A stretch of DNA of 64,000 nt, taken from Bacteroidota bacterium. GTDB lineage: Bacteria > Bacteroidota > Bacteroidia > AKYH767-A > OLB10. Under the pieces are notes generated by a model that was not told the DNA's origin, searched no databases, and saw nothing but the letters and a program-made list of their open reading frames with translations. Below, piece by piece: positions 1 through 12,200 of this stretch; the first letter of the stretch is position 1; every line of letters begins with the position of its first letter. The translations under genes and the position numbers were made by a program. The stretch is from contig JADKFV010000002.1 in NCBI GenBank assembly GCA_016717325.1, forward strand, positions 135,661 to 199,660, written 5' to 3'.

Positions 1-263
1 TGTTATACCCATTAATGAAAATCAAGCCTTTTTTAATGCCTTTCATATTACTTCTTAAAAACTATATGCTCCACACTGGTTTTATTCTTTCTATAATTCT
101 AATTGGAAAAAAAGAACGGTCTCTCTCAAAGCCCAAGATAATCTCCAAAGTTTTAATTGGTCCATTTCAGAGTGATAAATTTCTTCAGTTTAATATGTAT
201 TCAATAATATTCTTTACCGAAAATAGATAACCAACATTCCTTAAAAATTTAATTAAAAAAATT

Positions 264-3200
264 ATGAAAAAAAGTTACGAAAATCTTTCTTATGGGACTT
301 CCCATAATTCAGGATTCAAATCGAAAAGCTTTAAAAAAGCTTTCGCAATTGCTTCATTATTAATTGTAGTTCAACTTTCAAACAATGCTTGCGCAATTTC
401 CACAGCATCCGGTTGGGATACTCAAAAATCCGTGCAGAATCGAAATAATGTAGCTGATTGCCCCATTTTAAAATTAGTATCTGAACCTGCTTCAACTTAT
501 GATTTTAATCTCAATTTGTCAGGGTCTTCAAATGTTTTTCAATTTGATCATGTTTTTTGTTTACGGGAGCCAGGTCAAAATCTGACAATGGAAGCGGACT
601 TTAATATTTTAAACTCGAACATAAATCATCCAATCAAGCTTTCAGAAAATGAAAATAATTTAAAAATTAATTCCGATAGACTCGAGTTACAATCACTGCC
701 TATTGCAAACTGCTCATCAACATCAACCGGATGTAATGGAGGAAATACTGGTAGTGCATCGATTTCTGTAACTGGTGGTGTTGGCCCCTTCACTTATATT
801 TGGAATACAGGAGCTACAACATCGACTATTAGTAACTTGGCTGTAGGAACCTATACATCTACAGTAACAGATTCTAAAGGTAACACTTCATCTTGTAGTG
901 TTGCAATTGTTTCTGGGGGTGGCTTAACAGTATCATGTACTGGGACAAATATTAATTGCAATGGATCCAAAACAGGCGTTGCATTAATTTCGGCATCTGG
1001 TGGTGTTCAACCATATTCTTATCTTTGGAATAATGGCTCCAACTCTGATTTAATTGTGAACCAGTATGCTGGTACGTATACTGGTACAGTTACAGATGAC
1101 AAAGGATGCACTCGTTCGTGTTCATACACAATAACTCAACCAGCTCCTTTAGTTGTAAATGGAACTAAGACCGATGTTTCTTGTAATGGGTATAATAATG
1201 GCTCTGCTTCTGTTACTGCTACAGGCGGAACTCCACCTCTAACTTATATTTGGAATAATGGAGCCACTGTAGCCAGCATTAATGGCTTGTCACCAGGAAC
1301 ATATGTTGTAACCATAACCGATTCAAAAGGTTGTTCATTTATGTATATCGTTAGTAAAATTTCACAACCAACATTATTGGTAGCAACCTGCAGCGGCACG
1401 AATGTAACGTGCAAAGGCGCATCGACAGGTTCGGCCGCAGTAGTAGCAAGTGGAGGCACAGCCCCATATACGTACTTATGGAGCAATGGAAAAACCACAG
1501 CCTCGAACAACGGCTTATCGGCAGGCACATACACAGCGACAGTAACAGACTCAAAAGGCTGCACAGCAAAATGTTCATACACAGTAACAGAGCCAACCTA
1601 TGTAGTTGCAATGTGCAGTGGCACGAATGTAAATTGCTACGGAGGCAACAATGGCAGCGCAAGCGTAACAGCAAGTGGCGGTACCCCACCATACACATAC
1701 ATGTGGAGCAATGGTAAAACCACCTCATCAAACAGCAACTTATCAGCCGGCACGTATACAGCTACAGTTACCGATGCAAACGGATGTACAGCAACCTGTT
1801 CCTACACAGTAACGCAACCAACATTATTGGTAGCAACCTGCAGCGGCACGAATGTAACGTGCAAAGGCGCATCGACAGGTTCAGCAGCGGTGGTAGCAAG
1901 TGGCGGCACAGCGCCTTACACATACTTATGGAGCAATGGCAAAACGACATCAGCAAACAATACACTTGCCGCAGGAACATACACAGCCACTGTAACAGAC
2001 TCAAAAGGCTGCACAGCAAAATGTTCATACACAGTAACAGAGCCAACCTATGTAGTTGCAATGTGCGTGGCGTGTAATGCTGGTGCGTCCACCAACCTAT
2101 GTAGTTGAAGTGCAGTGGCACAATGTAAATTGCTACGAGGCAACAATGGCAGCGCAAGCGTAACAGCAAGTGGCGGCACACCATCATACACACATGTGGA
2201 GCAATGGTAAAACCACCTCATCGAACAACAATTTATCAGCCGGTACGTATACAGCTACAGTTACCGATGCAAACGGATGCACAGCAACCTGTTCATACAG
2301 TAACACAACCAACATTATTGGTAGCAACCTGCAGCGGCACGAATGTAACGTGCAAAGGCGCATCGACAGGTTCAGCAGCGGTGGTAGCAAGTGGAGGCAC
2401 AGCGCCTTACACATACTTATGGAGCAATGGCAAAACGACATCAGCAAACAATACACTTGCCGCAGGACATACACAGCAACAGTAACAGACTCCAAAAGGC
2501 TGCACAGCAAAATGTTCATACACAGTAACAGAGCCAACGTATGTAGTTGCAACATGCAGTGGCACGAATGTAAATTGCTACGGAGGCAACAATGGCAGCG
2601 CAAGCGTAACAGCAAGTGGCGGCACACCATCATACACATACATGTGGAGCAATGGTAAAACCACCTCATCAAACAGCAACTTATCAGCCGGCACGTATAC
2701 AGCTACAGTTACCGATGCAAACGGATGCACAGCAACCTGTTCATACACTGTAACACAACCAACATTATTGGTAGCAACCTGCAGCGGCACGAATGTAACG
2801 TGCAAAGGCGCATCGACAGGTTCAGCAGCGGTGGTAGCAAGTGGAGGCACAGCGCCTTACACATACTTATGGAGCAATGGAAAAACCACAGCCTCGAACA
2901 ACGGCTTATCAGCAGGAACGTACACAGCGACAGTAACAGACTCAAAAGGCTGCACAGCAAAATGTTCATACACAGTAACAGAGCCAAGCTATGTAGTTGC
3001 AACATGCAGTGGCACGAATGTAAATTGCTACGGAGGCAACAATGGCAGCGCAAGCGTAACAGCAAGTGGCGGCACACCACCATACACATACATGTGGAGC
3101 AATGGTAAAACCACCTCATCGAACAACAATTTATCAGCCGGTACGTATACAGCTACAGTTACCGATGCAAACGGATGCACAGCAACCTGTTCATACACAG

Positions 3201-6200
3201 TAACACAACCAACATTATTGGTAGCAACCTGCAGCGGCACGAATGTAACGTGCAAAGGCGCATCGACAGGTTCAGCAGCGGTGGTAGCAAGTGGAGGCAC
3301 AGCGCCTTACACATACTTATGGAGCAATGGCAAAACGACATCAGCAAACAATACACTTGCCGCAGGCACATACACAGCAACAGTAACAGACTCAAAAGGC
3401 TGCACAGCAAAATGTTCATACACAGTAACAGAGCCAAGCTATGTAGTAGCAACATGCAGTGGCACGAATGTAAATTGCTACGGAGGCAACAATGGCAGCG
3501 CAAGCGTAACAGCAAGTGGCGGCACACCACCATACACATACATGTGGAGCAATGGTAAAACCACCTCATCAAACAGCAACTTATCAGCCGGCACGTATAC
3601 AGCTACAGTTACCGATGCAAACGGATGCACAGCAACCTGTTCATACACTGTAACGCAACCAACATTATTGGTAGCAAGCTGCAGCGGCACGAATGTAACG
3701 TGCAAAGGCGCATCGACAGGTTCAGCAGCGGTGGTAGCAAGTGGAGGCACAGCACCTTACACATACTTATGGAGCAATGGAAAAACCACAGCCTCGAACA
3801 ACGGCTTATCGGCAGGCACGTACACAGCAACAGTAACGGACTCAAAAGGCTGCACAGCAAAATGTTCATACACAGTAACAGAGCCAAGCTATGTAGTTGC
3901 AACATGCAGTGGCACGAATGTAAATTGCTACGGAGGCAACAATGGCAGCGCAAGCGTAACAGCAAGTGGCGGCACACCACCATACACATACATGTGGAGC
4001 AATGGTAAAACCACCTCATCAAACAGCAACTTATCAGCCGGCACGTATACAGCTACAGTTACCGATGCAAACGGATGCACAGCAACCTGTTCATACACTG
4101 TAACGCAACCAACATTATTGGTGGCAAGCTGCAGTGGCACGAATGTAACGTGCAAAGGCGCATCGACAGGTTCAGCAGCGGTGGTAGCAAGTGGAGGCAC
4201 AGCGCCATATACGTACTTATGGAGCAATGGAAAAACCACAGCATCGAACAACGGCTTATCGGCAGGAACATACACAGCAACAGTAACAGACTCAAAAGGC
4301 TGCACAGCAAAATGTTCATACACAGTAACAGAGCCAGCGTATGTAGTAGCTACCTGTATCGGTACGAATGTAAATTGCTACGGAGGCAACAATGGCAGCG
4401 CAAGCGTAACAGCAAGTGGCGGCACACCACCATACACATACATGTGGAGCAATGGTAAAACCACCTCATCAAACAGCAACTTATCAGCCGGTACGTATAC
4501 AGCTACAGTTACCGATGCAAACGGATGCACAGCAACCTGTTCATACACAGTAACACAACCAACATTATTGGTAGCAACCTGCAGCGGCACGAATGTAACG
4601 TGCAAAGGCGCATCGACAGGTTCAGCAGCGGTGGTAGCAAGTGGAGGCACAGCGCCATATACGTACTTATGGAGCAATGGAAAAACCACAGCCTCGAACA
4701 ACGGCTTATCGGCAGGAACGTACACAGCAACAGTAACAGACTCAAAAGGCTGCACAGCAAAATGTTCATACACAGTAACAGAGCCAACCTATGTAGTTGC
4801 AATGTGCAGTGGCACCAATGTAAACTGCTATGGCGGCAACAATGGCAGCGCAAGCGTAACAGCAAGTGGCGGCACACCATCATACACATACATGTGGAGC
4901 AATGGTAAAACCACCTCATCAAACAGCAACTTATCAGCCGGCACGTATACAGCTACAGTTACCGATGCAAACGGATGCACAGCAACCTGTTCATACAAGG
5001 TAACGCAACCAACATTATTGGTAGCAACCTGCAGCGGCACGAATGTAACGTGCAAAGGCTCATCGACAGGTTCGGCCGCAGTAGTAGCAAGTGGAGGCAC
5101 AGCGCCATATACGTACTTATGGAGCAATGGAAAAACCACAGCATCGAACAACGGCTTATCGGCAGGAACATACACAGCGACAGTAACAGACTCAAAAGGC
5201 TGCACAGCAAAATGTTCATACACAGTAACAGAGCCAACCTATGTAGTTGCAATGTGCAGTGGCACGAATGTAAATTGCTACGGAGGCAACAATGGCAGCG
5301 CAAGCGTAACAGCAAGTGGCGGCACACCATCATACACATACATGTGGAGCAATGGTAAAACCACCTCATCGAACAACAATTTATCAGCCGGTACGTATAC
5401 AGCTACAGTTACCGATGCAAACGGATGCACAGCAACCTGTTCATACACAGTAACACAACCAACATTATTGGTAGCAACCTGCAGCGGCACGAATGTAACG
5501 TGCAAAGGCGCATCGACAGGTTCAGCAGCGGTGGTAGCAAGTGGAGGCACAGCGCCTTACACATACTTATGGAGCAATGGCAAAACGACATCAGCAAACA
5601 ATACACTTGCCGCAGGCACATACACAGCAACAGTAACAGACTCAAAAGGCTGCACAGCAAAATGTTCATACACAGTAACAGAGCCAACGTATGTAGTTGC
5701 AACATGCAGTGGCACGAATGTAAATTGCTACGGAGGCAACAATGGCAGCGCAAGCGTAACAGCAAGTGGCGGCACACCATCATACACATACATGTGGAGC
5801 AATGGTAAAACCACCTCATCAAACAGCAACTTATCAGCCGGCACGTATACAGCTACAGTTACCGATGCAAACGGATGCACAGCAACCTGTTCATACACTG
5901 TAACACAACCAACATTATTGGTAGCAACCTGCAGCGGCACGAATGTAACGTGCAAAGGCGCATCGACAGGTTCAGCAGCGGTGGTAGCAAGTGGAGGCAC
6001 AGCGCCTTACACATACTTATGGAGCAATGGAAAAACCACAGCCTCGAACAACGGCTTATCAGCAGGAACGTACACAGCGACAGTAACAGACTCAAAAGGC
6101 TGCACAGCAAAATGTTCATACACAGTAACAGAGCCAAGCTATGTAGTTGCAACATGCAGTGGCACGAATGTAAATTGCTACGGAGGCAACAATGGCAGCG

Positions 6201-9200
6201 CAAGCGTAACAGCAAGTGGCGGCACACCACCATACACATACATGTGGAGCAATGGTAAAACCACCTCATCGAACAACAATTTATCAGCCGGTACGTATAC
6301 AGCTACAGTTACCGATGCAAACGGATGCACAGTAACCTGTTCATACACTGTAACGCAACCAACATTATTGGTAGCAACCTGCAGTGGCACGAATGTAACG
6401 TGCAAAGGCGGATCGACAGGTTCGGCCGCAGTAGTAGCAAGTGGAGGCACAGCGCCTTACACATACTTATGGAGCAATGGAAAAACCACAGCCTCGAACA
6501 ATGGCTTATCGGCAGGCACGTACACAGCAACAGTAACAGACTCAAAAGGCTGCACAGCAAAATGTTCATACACAGTAACAGAGCCAAGCTATGTAGTAGC
6601 AACATGCAGTGGCACGAATGTAAATTGCTACGGAGGCAACAATGGCAGCGCAAGCGTAACAGCAAGTGGCGGCACACCACCATACACATACATGTGGAGC
6701 AATGGTAAAACCACCTCATCGAATAACAATTTATCAGCCGGCACGTATACAGCTACAGTTACCGATGCAAACGGATGCACAGCAACCTGTTCATACACTG
6801 TAACGCAACCAACATTATTGGTAGCAAGCTGCAGCGGCACGAATGTAACGTGCAAAGGCGGATCGACAGGTTCAGCAGCGGTGGTAGCAAGTGGAGGCAC
6901 AGCGCCTTACACATACTTATGGAGCAATGGAAAAACCACAGCCTCGAACAACGGCTTATCAGCAGGCACCTACACAGCAACAGTAACAGACTCAAAAGGC
7001 TGCACAGCAAAATGTTCATACACAGTAACAGAGCCAAGCTATGTAGTAGCAACATGCAGTGGCACGAATGTAAATTGCTACGGAGGCAACAATGGCAGCG
7101 CAAGCGTAACAGCAAGTGGCGGCACACCACCATACACATACATGTGGAGCAATGGTAAAACCACCTCATCAAACAGCAACTTATCAGCCGGCACGTATAC
7201 AGCTACAGTTACCGATGCAAACGGATGCACAGCAACCTGTTCATACACTGTAACGCAACCAACATTATTGGTAGCAAGCTGCAGCGGCACGAATGTAACG
7301 TGCAAAGGCGCATCGACAGGTTCGGCCGCAGTAGTAGCAAGTGGCGGCACAGCGCCTTACACATACTTATGGAGCAATGGAAAAACCACAGCCTCGAACA
7401 ACGGCTTATCAGCAGGCACGTACACAGCAACAGTAACAGACTCAAAAGGCTGCACAGCAAAATGTTCATACACAGTAACAGAGCCAAGCTATGTAGTAGC
7501 AACATGCAGTGGCACGAATGTAAATTGCTACGGAGGCAACAATGGCAGCGCAAGCGTAACAGCAAGTGGCGGCACACCACCATACACATACATGTGGAGC
7601 AATGGTAAAACCACCTCATCAAACAACAATTTATCAGCCGGCACGTATACAGCTACAGTTACCGATGCCAATGGATGTACAGCAACCTGTTCCTACACAG
7701 TAACGCAACCAACATTATTGGTAGCAACCTGCAGCGGCACGAATGTAACGTGCAAAGGCGCATCGACAGGTTCGGCCGCGGTGGTAGCAAATGGAGGCAC
7801 AGCGCCTTACACATACTTATGGAGCAATGGAAAAACCACAGCCTCGAACAACGGCTTATCGGCAGGAACATACACAGCGACAGTAACAGACTCAAAAGGC
7901 TGCACAGCAAAATGTTCATACACAGTAACAGAGCCAAGCTATGTAGTTGCAATGTGCAGTGGCACTAATGTAAATTGCTACGGAGGCAACAATGGCAGCG
8001 CAAGCGTAACAGCAAGTGGCGGCACACCATCATACACATACATGTGGAGCAATGGTAAAACCACCTCATCGAACAACAATTTATCAGCCGGCACGTATAC
8101 AGCTACAGTTACCGATGCCAATGGATGTACAGCAACCTGTTCATACACTGTAACACAACCAACATTATTGGTAGCAACCTGCAACGGCACGAATGTAACG
8201 TGCAAAGGCGCATCGACAGGTTCAGCAGCGGTGGTAGCAAGTGGAGGCACAGCGCCTTACACATACTTATGGAGCAATGGCAAAACCACAGCCTCGAACA
8301 TACGGCTTATCCGCAGGCACATACACAGCAACAGTAACAGACTCAAAAGGCTGCACAGCAAAATGTTCATACACAGTAACAGAGCCAAGCTATGTAGTAG
8401 CAACATGCAGTGGCACGAATGTAAATTGCTACGGAGGCAACAATGGCAGCGCAAGCGTAACAGCAAGTGGCGGCACACCACCATACACATACATGTGGAG
8501 CAATGGTAAAACCACCTCATCAAACAGCAACTTATCAGCCGGCACGTATACAGCTACAGTTACCGATGCAAACGGATGCACAGCAACCTGTTCATACACT
8601 GTAACGCAACCAACATTATTGGTAGCAACCTGCAGCGGCACGAATGTAACGTGCAAAGGCGCATCGACAGGTTCAGCAGCGGTGGTAGCAAGTGGAGGCA
8701 CAGCGCCTACACACATACTTATTGAGCAATGGAAAAACAACAGCCTCGAACAACGGCTTATCAGCAGGCACGTACACAGCAACAGTAACAGACTCAAAAG
8801 GCTGCACAGCAAAATGTTCATACACAGTAACAGAGCCAAGCTATGTAGTTGCAACATGCAGTGGCACGAATGTAAATTGCTACGGAGGCAACAATGGCAG
8901 CGCAAGCGTAACAGCAAGTGGCGGCACACCACCATACACATACATGTGGAGCAATGGTAAAACCACCTCATCAAACAGCAACTTATCAGCCGGCACGTAT
9001 ACAGCTACAGTTACCGATGCAAACGGATGCACAGCAACCTGTTCATACACTGTAACGCAACCAACATTATTGGTAGCAAGCTGCAGCGGCACGAATGTAA
9101 CGTGCAAAGGCGGATCGACAGGTTCGGCCGCAGTAGTAGCAAGTGGAGGCACAGCGCCTTACACATACTTATGGAGCAATGGAAAAACCACAGCCTCGAA

Positions 9201-12200
9201 CAATGGCTTATCGGCAGGCACGTACACAGCAACAGTAACAGACTCAAAAGGCTGCACAGCAAAATGTTCATACACAGTAACAGAGCCAAGCTATGTAGTA
9301 GCAACATGCAGTGGCACGAATGTAAATTGCTACGGAGGCAACAATGGCAGCGCAAGCGTAACAGCAAGTGGCGGCACACCACCATACACATACATGTGGA
9401 GCAATGGTAAAACCACCTCATCGAATAACAATTTATCAGCCGGCACGTATACAGCTACAGTTACCGATGCAAACGGATGCACAGCAACCTGTTCATACAC
9501 TGTAACGCAACCAACATTATTGGTAGCAAGCTGCAGCGGCACGAATGTAACGTGCAAAGGCGGATCGACAGGTTCAGCAGCGGTGGTAGCAAGTGGAGGC
9601 ACAGCGCCTTACACATACTTATGGAGCAATGGAAAAACCACAGCCTCGAACAACGGCTTATCAGCAGGCACCTACACAGCAACAGTAACAGACTCAAAAG
9701 GCTGCACAGCAAAATGTTCATACACAGTAACAGAGCCAAGCTATGTAGTAGCAACATGCAGTGGCACGAATGTAAATTGCTACGGAGGCAACAATGGCAG
9801 CGCAAGCGTAACAGCAAGTGGCGGCACACCACCATACACATACATGTGGAGCAATGGTAAAACCACCTCATCAAACAGCAACTTATCAGCCGGCACGTAT
9901 ACAGCTACAGTTACCGATGCAAACGGATGCACAGCAACCTGTTCATACACTGTAACGCAACCAACATTATTGGTAGCAAGCTGCAGCGGCACGAATGTAA
10001 CGTGCAAAGGCGCATCGACAGGTTCGGCCGCAGTAGTAGCAAGTGGCGGCACAGCGCCTTACACATACTTATGGAGCAATGGAAAACCACAGCCTCGAAC
10101 AACGGCTTATCAGCAGGCACGTACACAGCTACAGTAACAGACTCAAAAGGCTGCACAGCAAAATGTTCATACACAGTAACAGAGCCAAGCTATGTAGTAG
10201 CAACATGCAGTGGCACGAATGTAAATTGCTACGGAGGCAACAATGGCAGCGCAAGCGTAACAGCAAGTGGCGGCACACCACCATACACATACATGTGGAG
10301 CAATGGTAAAACCACCTCATCAAACAGCAACTTATCAGCCGGCACGTATACAGCTACAGTTACCGATGCAAACGGATGCACAGCAACCTGTTCATACACT
10401 GTAACGCAACCAACATTATTGGTAGCAAGCTGCAGCGGCACGAATGTAACGTGCAAAGGCGCATCGACAGGTTCGGCCGCAGTAGTAGCAAGTGGCGGCA
10501 CAGCGCCTTACACATACTTATGGAGCAATGGAAAAACCACAGCCTCGAACAACGGCTTATCAGCAGGCACGTACACAGCAACAGTAACGGACTCAAAAGG
10601 CTGCACAGCAAAATGTTCATACACAGTAACAGAGCCAAGCTATGTAGTTGCAACATGCAGTGGCACGAATGTAAATTGCTACGGAGGCAACAATGGCAGC
10701 GCAAGCGTAACAGCAAGTGGCGGCACACCACCATACACATACATGTGGAGCAATGGTAAAACCACCTCATCGAATAACAATTTATCAGCCGGCACGTATA
10801 CAGCTACAGTTACCGATGCAAACGGATGCACAGCAACCTGTTCATACACTGTAACGCAACCAACATTATTGGTAGCAAGCTGCAGCGGCACGAATGTAAC
10901 GTGCAAAGGCGCATCGACAGGTTCAGCAGCGGTGGTAGCAAGTGGAGGCACAGCACCTTACACATACTTATGGAGCAATGGAAAAACCACAGCCTCGAAC
11001 AACGGCTTATCAGCAGGCACGTACACAGCAACAGTAACAGACTCAAAAGGCTGCACAGCAAAATGTTCATACACAGTAACAGAGCCAAGCTATGTAGTAG
11101 CAACATGCAGTGGCACGAATGTAAATTGCTACGGAGGCAACAATGGCAGCGCAAGCGTAACAGCAAGTGGCGGCACACCACCATACACATACATGTGGAG
11201 CAATGGTAAAACCACCTCATCAAACAGCAACTTATCAGCCGGCACGTATACAGCTACAGTTACCGATGCAAACGGATGCACAGCAACCTGTTCATACACT
11301 GTAACGCAACCAACATTATTGGTAGCAAGCTGCAGCGGCACGAATGTAACGTGCAAAGGCGCATCGACAGGTTCAGCAGCGGTGGTAGCAAGTGGAGGCA
11401 CAGCGCCTTACACATACTTATGGAGCAATGGAAAAACCACAGCCTCGAACAACGGCTTATCAGCAGGCACCTACACAGCGACAGTAACAGACTCAAAAGG
11501 CTGCACAGCAAAATGTTCATACACAGTAACAGAGCCAAGCTATGTAGTTGCAATGTGCAGTGGCACGAATGTAAATTGCTATGGAGGTAGCAATGGCAGC
11601 GCAAGCGTAACAGCAAGTGGCGGCACACCATCATACACATACATGTGGAGCAATGGTAAAACCACCTCATCGAATAACAACTTATCAGCCGGCACGTATA
11701 CAGCTACAGTTACAGATGCAAACGGATGCACAGCAACCTGTTCATACACTGTAACGCAGCCAACACCATTGGTAGCAACCTGCAGCGGCACGAATGTAAC
11801 GTGCAAAGGCGCATCGACAGGTTCGGCCGCAGTAGTAGCAAGTGGAGGCACAGCGCCTTACACATACTTATGGAGCAATGGAAAAACCACAGCCTCGAAC
11901 AACGGCTTATCGGCAGGCACGTACACAGCTACAGTAACGGACTCAAAAGGCTGCACAGCAAAATGTTCATACACAGTAACAGAGCCAAGCTATGTAGTAG
12001 CAACATGCAGTGGCACGAATGTAAATTGCTACGGAGGCAACAATGGCAGCGCAAGCGTAACAGCAAGTGGCGGCACACCACCATACACATACATGTGGAG
12101 CAATGGTAAAACCACCTCATCAAACAGCAACTTATCAGCCGGCACGTATACAGCTACAGTTACCGATGCAAACGGATGCACAGCAACCTGTTCATACACT

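Noticed and set aside
15-230. 71-aa ORF upstream of the adhesin gene.
   Set aside because: Hydrophobic, low-complexity and AT-rich, in the probable promoter region. No motif. Likely spurious.
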